A stretch of DNA of 64,000 bases from Takakia lepidozioides (lineage: Eukaryota; Plantae; Bryophyta). Positions 1 through 10,710 of this stretch are shown here, piece after piece. The stretch is taken from assembly GCA_030704615.1 (NCBI GenBank), contig CM060733.1:4216001-4280000 (forward strand), in the 5' to 3' direction. A program made the position numbers and the translations under genes. The notes below the pieces were generated by a model that saw only the letters and a list, made by a program, of their open reading frames with translations, had not been told where the DNA came from and searched no databases. Each line of letters opens with the position of its first letter. Within the stretch, counting starts at the first letter, position 1.

Positions 1-247
1 ATGTTTGTTTATTACATGAACTTGTCCGGGTCTGTGGCTCCAGAGATACTTGTGCATCAGGTTGCCACTTCCATTGCCCCGCTACAACCTGCCTATGGCT
101 CCCTGCTGGTTAAACCCAAAGAAATGGATGCCTTTGCTGCTAAGCACTTTGGTGATCTATTCAGGGGACGGGCCCCCTCGGAGCAAGACATACTCTCTCG
201 TACTGAGACCCTTTTCCATTCCTTTTTGTGGACCAATCGTTGCCCTG

Positions 248-1450
248 TCAAGGACATGCAGGAAAGTTGGAAGGGAAAGCCATTGGAGAAACCGGCGTTA
301 TGACAGTTTGGCCTCTCAGAAGGCGAAACCCGGCCTCCTCCAGCATGTTAATTTTCAGTTTGGAGAGTGTGGTTCCTAACTTCACTGGCCACACGGCTGG
401 AATTTGAGGCTTCATTATCACAGAATCCCGAACAGTCCCCATGACACAGCGCACAATGTCATCCGGGCAGAACCAAAACTTGTGAGGCCTAGACTCCCGC
501 GACATGTAATGCTTGAACAAGTTGGTGAATGTCAAGGCAGGAGTTCCGCATGTCCCCTTCAAAATCTGGGCAGTGCACTTCTGAAACGAAGGTGCCCTAA
601 TAGCAACACACTTGACTTTTGATCCTTGGGAGTCCGTTCTATATGCCACATTGCCTCTGTACAGTCGGACTCCACTACCGGCAGCATGTTCTCCCCTTCT
701 CCCCGGATTGTAGTGGTTGGAGACTCGAGAGGGAACGATGTTGAAGAAGATTCACCCACGAAAGTGGGGGGGCACATGCACACGAGGTACCGAGAAGTTG
801 TCCCTATCGTGGAATTGAGCAGGCCATCAACGAAGCAACGGACTTATGCCGCAAAAACGTTGTCACAACGTTCACCAAACAGCTTCGTATAACTGATCCT
901 AGTCTCGGTGCAGGATTCCTGGACCAGGTGCGGCTCCATTGGATTAGAAATGACACATGAGAAGTGGCATAGGCTTGCAATGGCAATGGTGGAACCAAAG
1001 CACAAGGTGTGATCGCTTAAGATCTAGAACTTTGACCCTGTCCTCTGTCAGGCAAACAACTTTCATTTCGTAGGGCCTTTTAGCAATGTCGCCTGGGACA
1101 AGTGGCTCCATAAAGCGACATTTTGGTGCCAGGTGCAGAAGTCATCTTGCCTTTGTCGTCGCAATAACTTGCATTGAAATTACAATTGTTTGTAAACGCA
1201 TCGGAACACAAGCTTGTGTCTTGGCAGCTGGAGGAGAGGGGTTTGGAAGTTATGGAGCAAACTCTTCATGACTTCAAAATCGAGGTAATTGAGCCCGATG
1301 AATCTTTCGGCACTTTCATTTGGAGGTGGAAAGAGATTGTTTGGAAGTATGCCTTCTTCCGTGAATTCGCAGTAGAGGGGGGAATTCTGCGCTCTAACCT
1401 ATTCAATGCGCAGTACAATGGGGAGCAGGCAATGAAGCGAGTCAATTACA
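248..1450 (-). pseudogene. Decayed ORF fragments of an unknown, probably TE-associated Cys/His-containing protein; runs off or decays toward the window start
   Basis: Protein-like segments in adjacent minus frames (559..783 'VVESDCTEAMWHIERT'; 248..649 'KCVA..QKCTAQI..HKFWFCPDDIVRCVMG..PQIPAVWPVKLGT') joined by frameshifts; no recognisable catalytic motif; boundaries approximate. Confidence 0.3.
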
Positions 1451-1514
1451 GGTTAGATTGGAACTGCATTCCCATTTGCATTTGCTTCTTTTTAGACCCG
1501 ATTGCACTCTATGT

Positions 1515-1636
1515 TCAGGCTTGCGTTAACGCATGTCTGATTACAGTATTTGATGTGGTAGTCCCCTTCCTACACTCTGTGCACTTGTGCAAATTCAAGA
1601 AAACCACAACACCCTGACCAAGAGTGTTTTTTTTAA

Positions 1637-1673
<37 letters not shown>

Positions 1674-2070
1674 TATTTATAATTAAATATTTTTTTTACG
1701 AAGGGGACTGGTTTCAGACCAGGGTTCAGGCTTGCGTTAACGCAAGCCTGACCAAGAGTGTGTTTTTTTTTTTTTTTTTTTTTCCCTTTTCTAATTTCTA
1801 TAATTTTTTAAAGGAAAGGGAACTGGTTTCAAACCAGGGTTCAGGCTTGTGTTAACGCAAGCCTGACGAAGAGTGTGTTTTTTTTTTTTTTTTTTTCCCC
1901 CCCTTCCGAAAGGGGACTGGTTTCAAACCAGAGTTCAGCTTGCGTTAACGCAAGCCTAACCAAGAGTGTTTTTTTTTTTTACCAAGACTTTAATTTTATG
2001 TAATCGTAGGAAAGGGGACTGGTTTCAGACCAGGGTTCAGGCTTGCATTAACATAAGCCTGACCAAGAGT
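1515..2070. repeat. Array of ~65-bp direct repeats, each with a 26-bp palindrome, separated by poly-T/AT-rich spacers
   Basis: Unit aaggggactggtttcagaccagggttcaggcttgcgttaacgcaagcctgaccaagagtg starts at ~1701, 1816, 1910, 2012. Palindrome tcaggcttgcgttaacgcaagcctga is perfect at 1726-1751, with variants at 1515-1540, 1841-1866, ~1935-1959, 2037-2062. (AAT)n at 1637-1672. Confidence 0.92.
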
Positions 2071-2174
2071 GGAATTTTATGTAATATTTCCACGGAGTGC
2101 TTTCGCCTGGCGGTTTTATGAGCTCCTACCCATTCTTCATCGATAGCTAGGCAAAGACAAAATCCTGACACAAC

Positions 2175-3890
2175 TATGTACCCAGCCGGTATTTTGGAGG
2201 ACTGGAGCAGATCTCATTTGAAAGACTGTGGCTTGTACCTGGATTGCCCCGAACAATCAATCACACCATGAGCGGAGAACATCCTTCGGAACTTGAATGA
2301 CAATGCGGAGGCTCTTGCTCCTCTGACGGATAGACAGCTGCAGTTGAGAGATCTCCGGGTTTCGAAAGCAAAGGAACCGGTGGTGAGTCAGAGCCCGAAG
2401 AAAAAAGACAGAAGAACGAAAAAAGAAAAAGAGGCTGATCACGTTCAGACTTCAGCTTCTGGACAAGGTAGGGCTCAAAGGGCGTCAAAGGGGCCTGCTC
2501 AGTGTGACCGACCATACGAGGCCCTTCCTAACCCTGGCAGAGAGGTGTTGCTACTCAATTCCAACACAAGACAGTGAACGAAGGCTTCTTGGACATGATG
2601 GCATCTCAGAGGAAAGGAGCCACCGACGTGGAGAAGTCTCTGACTTGGGAGACACTGTCGTCATTCCTCACTCTGGTAAATTCATTATCTCTTCCAGCTT
2701 GTGTGTATGTAGATTTGAAGACTGTTTGCAGGTCTTCTAAGTGGGTATGCTTTCTTTGTTGGATGTGAAGGCTGCCAAAGGTCCATCCTAGGTGAACGGG
2801 GAGAAGAAACCCTTTGCATGCGAGCTCGTAGTTGTGGATATTCCTGACGGGCTTCCAGTCCCTGACATTCCTCTGATGGGTGTGACTCCCGACTGGAATG
2901 CATGGGATGATCGCTACTGGCCTTGGGTCTTCAGATCCTATGGGCATTCCTTGGCTGACAATGGTTGTCTACTCATCCTCCAAGCAGCCAATTCAAAGTG
3001 TCGGCGCCAGCTCGCCAGTTTCCTTAAGTCAGGTGGAATGAAGGTGATTAAAAGTTGGAATCGGGTTAATAGCTTGCCACTCACAAAGGGGGACTTCCCA
3101 AGCTAGAAGGTAGATTCTCATTTCATCATTTGCTTTCAACCCTCCAGAAATGTCGCTACGGTTTTGACTCGTCTGTTTCCAATTTTTGCCTGTCCTTCTC
3201 CCCTACAATCTTTGCATTGACGCAAGCATGGTGCAAGTGTTCTCATTAGTCTTTCCCCAGCCCTGGCTTCGGTGCCCACTCCAGTGTCTTCCCTGTTTTA
3301 ATCGTGCAGACTCGTGCGCTTTCGACGCACACTGTCTTGTAAGAGAACGCCACCCATCCACACCGTCTTCCGTGAAGGAGTTCGAAGTCCTGAAGGGGGG
3401 GGGCGCATGTTGACTCCTCTTGCGATCCGGTGGATGATGATTTTATCTACAACTACATGGATGCATCACTTATAGTGTTGTGGGCGTCCGGAGAGCCAGG
3501 GAGAAGTGCACGGGAGAAGAGTCCGGCCTTCATGCAGACTGTGATCGAGTCATGCAGTGTCCAAGGGTCCCGGGTTGTTGATCTCACTCTTGGAACAAGT
3601 TTGTGGTTTGCATTGACAGTCTCGCAATGTTCTACCTTCATTTACTGTTCTTTTTGGATTGCAGGCACGCCTTGCTCTTTGCTCATTGATCGGTTTTGCA
3701 TGTAGGGGCTTCATTCCGTGCCTGCAAGGCAGCTGTTCGCCTTTGAGGGCGATGCCAACCTCTACAATGAGGTGATAGCTCCTCTCCATGAGGGCTCGAG
3801 TTCAGGCACGCAAACAGATGCGGCGCTTGCAGCACTGGCCGTGGAACACGAAGACATGGCCGACATTGACAACGATTTTGATTGTGAGTA
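2175..3890 (+). pseudogene. Intron-containing beta-class (N4-cytosine/N6-adenine) DNA methyltransferase-like gene, decayed
   Basis: Motif IV-like 'ELVVVDIPDG' (D at 2837) precedes motif X/I-like 'REKSPAFMQTVIESCSVQGSRVVDLTLGT' (3511-3597), then after an intron 'ASFRACKA../QLFAFEGDANLYNEVI' (3706-3775). Compare the N6_N4_Mtase consensus DPPY...KP..L.E.LI...T.PGD.VLDPF.GSGTT..AA...GR..IG.E.D. GT-AG introns ~2675-2731, ~3109-3309, 3599-3705; several stops and frameshifts. Confidence 0.65.
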
Positions 3891-4364
3891 AGTCTACACC
3901 ATTCTTTTACGTTCTTCTTAGTCAGCTTTTGCTTCTTTAGTTGGGCCTCCACTGTCGTGTGAGAATGGGGGATGCTCATGAGACTTTGGGATGTTTTTGC
4001 AGGAGCCCAAGATCGCCAAGGTTCTTCCCTTTCTTTGCGAACCCGGACTTCTATCCCTGTAGTCTGCCCCCCCTTCTTGAATTGCCATGTTATGTGGAGG
4101 TTGCAGCCAAAGCATTTGCTCTCCAGACATCTCCCCCTCCTCTACTTTGCGACTGGAGGGGAAATGTCGATAGCAGGGCTAGGGTGTTCATTGATAGTTG
4201 TGCTTCAGTTTTGGATGCAAACTCCTCTGGCAGTGCATCTTCTTGTTCGAAATGATCCATTTCTTTTCAAACTATCTATCAATAAACCAGTACCGAGTTG
4301 TTTGATTTGAATCCGGTGTGTGCCTTTGGACCTATTCTTCTCTTCATAACTTCCTTCATCTTGT

Positions 4365-4757
4365 TTCTCCATTCATCCATATTTGAGGCGTCCACAATAC
4401 AGGCACTCGACATCCATCCTGTTGTCAATTATTCATCCATGCATTCATGCATTCATCCATCCATTGGTGTACCAGCGTTCATCCAAATTCAATGTTACGT
4501 TTATCCAGAGTTCATCCAGAATGCATCGAATATTCATCCAACATTCATCCACATGTGCACAATGTCTCTTCTACAAAGTTGCAAACTACTACCTGGTTGT
4601 ATGCATCCTTTCCCGCGGATACAAGTCTCCATGGGTTTTCTCATCCACGGTTATAGGCCCGCCCGGTGACAATCATCCTCATCCATTAGCATCTTTCCGC
4701 TCACGGATGAACATCTTCTCGCTCACGAATCTTTCCGCTCACGGATTAGCATCCCTC
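4365..4757. repeat. CATCC/ATTCATCC-rich low-complexity stretch abutting the truncated gypsy 5' end
   Basis: Repeated attcatccat/ttcatcca motifs; triplicated cgctcacg(g/a)at at ~4698-4746. Confidence 0.5.
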
Positions 4758-5460
4758 CTGCTGGGGGCGGCCACAGCTGTGTGTCAGGCTCCATTGTTCT
4801 CGGCTACCATGATTGCGACGCCGGGGGTAAGACCAGCTGAGGTGTTTAGGCTGGCAGCTATACTCTGTGAGAGTGGGGAGGTTACTTCATCTTCTGCGGA
4901 GATAGTGGGAGGTGTAGTACCGGAGGGATCCTCAGATGTGAGGGTCAAGACTACCGCGGCAGTGCAATGGCAAGCTGCAGCTGCCTGGTTGATGGAGCTG
5001 TCAGCTAGGCCAGCCATTGAGCGCGCCATGGTGACACCCGGAGTTGTCATGTTAGACAACCAGGATGACATTTTCTGTTTGAGTGGACCGGCAGGCAAGA
5101 GGTACCGGCCACTGCGGGTCTTGTTGGATTCGGGAGCTCAGCCATTGATGTTGGGCAGAGCTGTTATTGCAGGCTTGGGCCTCACGGAGGCGGATATGGA
5201 GCCGTGCCCTTTCCAGATACAGACATCTCTGGGAGGATCATAGCAGGCTCGGGGCATGACACGGCGTGAGTTGGCTATTCGACTACAGCCGGATCATCCT
5301 ACAGATGGCTTAGTGATGAGAGCCAAAACCATTGTGACAGACGCAGTCTCATACGATGTCATTCTTGGTGGGGCAGTGTTGTATCCCATGGGCTTCACCC
5401 TGGATTTTTGGGAGGAGTCAGCTTCCTATAGGCCTGGATGACAATCAGGGGAGGGCTGGC
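4758..5460 (+). pseudogene. Retroviral-type aspartic protease of gypsy pol
   Basis: 'RVLLDSGAQPLMLG' (D at 5127) and downstream 'YDVILG'; same frame as the DNMT, with in-frame stops at 5241 and 5439. Confidence 0.85.
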
Positions 5461-5795
5461 GTGTGCAGCTCCCTGTGACATTCATAGGAGGAGTTGCGGT
5501 TACCAAGCGAGACAAGATGCCAACACTGGCAGCATTCACAGCTGCAGTGACTTGGCCTGGAGAGTTGTTGGATAACAACACTCATTCAGAGGATATGTCA
5601 TCTCCGGGAGAGCAGGATGACATGTATGGTATGGCGGAGTTGCCCGCTATGGTTGCTCACACTCCATTGTGGGGTTCGAGCAAGGATTTGCAGCGGGTTG
5701 CTGATTGTCGTGTGCAACAAGCCTGGGTAGAGGCTTTTGTACCGTCAGGAGAGGAGGACAGTGCGGGGATTGCACCAGGACCACCTCAGTTGTAA

Positions 5796-6800
5796 CCATT
5801 GGATACCACACCGATCGTGTGGCAGTGTCCGGATGAAGGCATTTGCCTTCTGGACTTGTTTGGCGGGATCAGCACCGGGTTGGCTGCTGTTTTACAGGCA
5901 GATGTACGAGTACAACGTTACTTGTATGTGGAGAGGGATGAGACTGCATGACGCGTCTCCCGACGCCATGTTGCTCAGTTGGTGCAGCAGTACCCTGAGT
6001 TGTTGCCGGTGTCTGCGGTTCGTGGATATCAGCAGGCCTTGCCAGCAGACATCTCTTTGCTGGGGGCGCAGGATTTGGAGCAAATTGGCTCCATTGATTT
6101 GGTAGTGGCAGGTTGGCCCTGCCAAGGGCATTTATCAGCCGGGCATGACAATGGATTGCGAGACTCAAGGTCGGGTCTGTTTTGGGAGATGGTGCGGGTT
6201 TTGCGCCACTTACAGCTTCATCAAGCTATATCTCCAGCATACATCTTGGAGAATGTGCCACTGATGGGCAATTCTCGGGCCAGGGTGATGGCCAGTGTGC
6301 ACCAAGTCCGGTCGTGGCTTGGGTCAGCAGTGTTGCTGGATGCAGCTGTAGTGGGGTCATGGGCTCATCGTCCACGGTTATGGTGGACTAACTTGATGCC
6401 ACCTGCACTGCTAAAGCGTGCATTTGATGGGGTGCAGCGGCCAACACACCTCATAGTTGATAGCATTTTGGACACAAGCAGACAGTCTCAGCGTGTGAGA
6501 CACGATGACCGTTCGCCTTTGGCAGTGGTCAATAGGATGGGTCAACCACGAGCAGCACTACCTACACTGCTCAGCTTTCCAAGATCGCATGCTTTCCGGG
6601 ATAGTGGACCTGGCCTCCTGTGGGATGCTCAGTTGCAGCAGTTAGTGGAGCCTAATGCCGACGAGCGAGAGCGGGCTATGGGTTTTTCTACTGGGACCAT
6701 GGCGGTGCCTTCTCTTTCTGAGGCATCACGTCGTCAGGTGTTGGGGCAAGCGATGTATCTCAATTGCTTGACCTGGATTATCAGCTTGGCTATGGCTGAG
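5796..6800 (+). pseudogene. C5-cytosine DNA methyltransferase domain embedded in gypsy pol
   Basis: Motif I 'LLDLFGG' (~5847-5867), IV 'GWPCQG' (Cys 6120), VI 'ILENV' (6249), VIII 'HRPRLWW', IX 'ERERAMGF', X 'VLGQAM'; one in-frame TGA at 5949. Confidence 0.93.
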
Positions 6801-7139
6801 CAACGTAGAGTGCAGAGTGCACTTCCCTTGACGGTCTCTCTGCCTACCGAGACGGTACAGGCAGTGAGTGGGGGCGAGCCGGTAAGGACCACGGGGTGTA
6901 GACATCCATGGCACACGTGGGAGGTGCTCGAGGTTCAGAGGGAGCTGGCAGTCAAGGCGGCTGTGATGGATGAGGTTGGGGATTCTTCTCGTGTTGAGGA
7001 GGTCCTCAAGGATGAGATGATGGGGCAGGATGAGGCCTTGTTATTGACTGAGCAGACAGAGAGTACTGCTCAAGAGGTTGCGGCATAGCAACCATGGGAC
7101 GCGTCTCCTACCTCTAAGTCTGCTGGACTTAATGTTTTA

Positions 7140-8873
7140 CGGGGAAGCTTGCACGGTGGGCACTTATACTCCAAGAGTATGACTTTTAGGTTGTGCATCG
7201 ACCAGGTTTGGTCAATAGGGATACGGATGGATTGAGTCGCAATCCATGCACGAGCCAGCAGGATGCCACTGGCATGGTGAGACGGACGAGGAGATGGTAC
7301 CGGGATGACATGCATCTGCATTTTTGTGTATCTTGGCATCAGGAGTCAGGTTGGACCTACAACAGGGATGACTGTAGATGAAGTGTCTGAGGACCCTGAG
7401 GCTAGTGATGAGCCAGGTGGTGCCAGAGATATACATGAGGATTCGGTTGTGTTGGACTACCTCCGCACTGGAGACACGGCAGCTAGTGTGACTGCCAAGG
7501 AGAGGGATCGGATCCTGCAATGAGCCAAGAGGTTCAAGTGGGAGGGGATACACCTGCTTCGAGTGTGGGAGGACGGTCGGGTGAGGATCGTGCCTCACCC
7601 AACACAACGTGCACGGTTAGTGCGGCATGCCCATGAGGAGTTGGGGCATTTTGGAGTGCGACGCACTCATAGTTTACTGCAGGGGCAGTATTGGTGGCGT
7701 GGTATGCACACAGATGTGCAATAGTTCATGGCTAGGTGCATGGTGTGTGACAGGGTGCGTGCTTCATTCAACGCCCCTACACCACAGTTACATCCATTAC
7801 CCATCATGGGATTGGGCTACATGTGGAGTCTTGACTTCGCAGGGCCGTTGCCACTTACGATGCGCCACCACAGATATGTGTTGGTGATGGTGGAGCACTT
7901 CTCCAAGTGGATTGAGTTGGTTCCATTGCCTGACAAGGCTAGTGAGGGGGCTGCGTATACATTCCTGGATCGTGTGCTTAGCTGATTCGGTACTCCAGCT
8001 GAGGTACTCACGGACCAAGGGAGAGAGTTCTTGGGGGAGTTTCAGGCTTTGTGTGATAAAGCCTTGATAGACCACCGTACCACTTCTCAGGATCATCCTG
8101 AGGCCGATGGCTTGGCAGAGAGAGTGGTTCAGACAGTGAAGAGGGGTTTGCGCAAGTATGGATTGCAAAAGGGACACCTAGGAGATTGGGATCTTCAGGT
8201 ACATTGGTTAGCCATGGGCTACAGGTTCAGCAAACAAGCATCACTTGTCTCCTTCTCACCATATTTCCTTCTTTTTGGCCGAGAGCCGGATTTGCCTGCA
8301 TCTATTCGCAGGGAGGCTACAGTAGTCCTCAACCTTGATGATCCGGATGTGTGGACATAAGCATGTGCCCAACGGGCAGAGTTGTTCAAGAGAGTTATGC
8401 CTATGGCTTTTGAGAATCTTGCTATTGCCCAACACCGAGACACATTGAGGTATGTCACTATACGCGGAAAGGGATATCGGCCAGGTGTTCGGCGTTTCCA
8501 CCCTGGGGACTATGTGTATCTGCAGCAGACAACGCCTACGACCTTGGAAGTCACAGCAGGATGTGTGATTCTAAGGGTCAGGGAGGTGTTGCCTTCAGGA
8601 GTGTTGATTCTGGAGGGTTGAGATGGCATGGTATAGAAGGACCATGTGCGTAATTGTGCGCCATGTCACCTTCCACATGTGGATGGGAGGATAGATCCCA
8701 ACCTTACAGTGCTACCTGCAGGATTGCGTTGCATGCTATGTGGGCATGCTCGTGGTGCCGCCACTATGCTGGTGTGTGATCGATGCTCAAGAGGTTGGTA
8801 CGTGGGATGCTTGACACCACCTCTTGAGAGGGTTTCTGATGGAGATTGGTTATGTCGACACTGCTTGGGATAG
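7140..8873 (+). pseudogene. RNase H C-terminus, integrase (HHCC, DDE, GPY/F-like) and C-terminal PHD finger
   Basis: 'GKLARWALILQEYDF*VVHRPG..N.DTDGLSR'; 'HAHEELGHFG..CMVC'; 'WSLDFAGPLP', 'LTDQGREF', 'HPEADGLAER'; 'RFHPGDYVY'; PHD 'CMLC..MLVCDRCSRGWYVGCLTPPL..GDWLCRHC' at 8730-8864; many in-frame stops. Confidence 0.92.
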
Positions 8874-9133
8874 TGGAAGTGGATATGACTAGTGGAACCT
8901 CACAAGACATGGGAGGCCAAACTCATAGGAGTCAATACCCAAGATCTCAGGCTCAAGTTCACAGGTTGCAAGACGACGACTAACGATGGGGCAACTCTTG
9001 TACCCGGCCTCTTGATCTATTGAGTTTGAGTGTAGTAGAGACAGTGGTGGAGGACTTAGTGGGGCTATGGCCACTATCACATCTTGTGGCTACCTGGACT
9101 TAGAGAGACCTAAGTGCCAGCTAGGGGGGCGAT

Positions 9134-10710
9134 TGTGATGGGCTAGTGGCAACCTAGTGATGGACTAGTGGCTGCACTAGTGGTGGCTAGTGGCAGCCTA
9201 GTGGTGGACTAGTGGCTGCACTAGTGATGGCTAGTGGCAGCCTAGTGGTTGGACTAGTGGCTGCACTAGTGGTGGCTAGTAGCAGCCTAGTGTTGGACTA
9301 GTGGCTGCACTAGTGGTGGACTAGTGCTTGCACTAGTGATGGCTAGTGGCAGCCTAGTGTTGGACTAGTGGCTGCACTAGTGGTGGATTAGTGGTTGCAC
9401 TAGTGGCAGGACTAGCGGTGCACTAGTGGTGGACTAGTTATAGACTAGTGTTTGGTGTGCACATGTGTTGTGTGGTTTTGGACAGCGATGTAGTTGTGTT
9501 GCGATATGTATGCGCACGACAGCTGTCAAGTTATTTTACGACTAGTGTGAAGTTAGCTAGGAAATAACTAGCTTTTATATATTGACATTTGGGATTGATC
9601 CAAGTATCAATCCAGAGGCCAATACATGTTTGGGCACCTGACGTTGTTATCGTCATCACAGATCGCGGTGGGCTCATCTTTCTCGAGTTGAGCCTCACCG
9701 CGTCTAGCTATGGCGCCACAGTGTGGATTCCCCATGGCGTGGGGTGCACTTGACTCGACTTAATATATGAGTGATGTTTTCATGTGCAATGTGAGTTTGA
9801 GAGAGCCTGTGTGCTTGTATCATTCATTTTCCTTATCATTGTGATGGGCTAGTGGCAGCCTAGTGATGGACTAGTGGCTGCACTAGTGGTGGCTAGTGGC
9901 AGCCTAGTGGTTGGACTAGTGGCTGCACTAGTGGTGGCTAGTGGCAGCCTAGTGTTGGACTAGTGGCTGATTAGTGGTGGACTAGTGGTTGCACTAGTGA
10001 CAAGACTAGCGGTACACTAGTGGTGGATTAGTTATAGACTAGTGTTTGGTGTGCACATGTGTTGTGTGGTTTTGGACAGCGATGTAATTGTGTTGCGATA
10101 TGTATGCGCACGACAGCTGTCAAGTTATTTTACAACTAGTGTGAAGTTAGCTAGGAAATAACTAACTTTTATATATTGACATTTGGGATTGACCCAAATG
10201 TCAATCCATGGACTAATATATGTTTGGGCACCTGACGTTGTTATCTTCACGACAGATCGCGGTGGGCTCCTTTTTCGAGTTGAGCCTCACATCATCTAGC
10301 TATGGCGCTGTAGTATGGATTCCCCATGGCGTGGGGTGCACTTGGCTCAACTTAATATATGAGTGATGTTTTCATGTGCAAGTTTGTGAGTTTGAGAGAG
10401 CTTGTGTGCTTGTATCATTCCTTTTCCTTATCATTGTGATGGGCTAGTGGCAGCCTAGTGATGGACTAGTGGCTGCACTAGTGGTGGCTAGTGGCAGCTT
10501 AGTGGTGGACTAGTGGATGCACTAGTGGTGGCTAGTGGCAGCCTAGTGGTTGGATTAGTGGCTGCACTAGTGGTGGCTAGTGGCAGTCTAGTGTTGGACT
10601 AGTGGTTGCACTAGTGGTGGACTAGTTATAGACTAGTGTTGGGTGTGCACATGTGTTGTGTGGTTTTGGACATCGATGTAGTTGTGTAGCGATATGTATG
10701 CGCACGACAA
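9134..10710 (+). repeat. Three head-to-tail LTR copies (9134-9838, 9840-10433, 10435-~10710 truncated), each starting with a CTAG-rich minisatellite
   Basis: Each begins tgtgatgggctagtggc; the two complete copies end ttccttatca (TG...CA) with a 1-nt spacer; copies differ in the number of ctagtggctgcactagtggtgg units. Confidence 0.88.

Larger units (their letters stand above)
4758..10710 (+). mobile_element. 5'-truncated Ty3/gypsy LTR retrotransposon: protease - C5 DNA methyltransferase - [RT deleted] - RNase H end - integrase - PHD, then PPT and tandem LTRs
   Basis: Domain order PR..RH-INT is gypsy type; polypurine tract agggggg at 9123-9129 just before the TG-starting LTR at 9134; no gag or 5' LTR seen. 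Confidence 0.92.

Noticed and set aside
1701-2070. CRISPR array
   Set aside because: Eukaryotic locus with no cas genes; repeats are ~65 bp and spacers are low-complexity poly-T/AT.
4383-4757. N-terminal part of the 286-aa ORF as gag
   Set aside because: Derived from CATCC low-complexity DNA; no gag or zinc-knuckle motif.
5796-6800. Bacterial contamination or restriction-modification system
   Set aside because: The DNMT is in frame with the retroviral protease, lies within an LTR element, and shows the same decay as the rest of pol; no cognate restriction enzyme.
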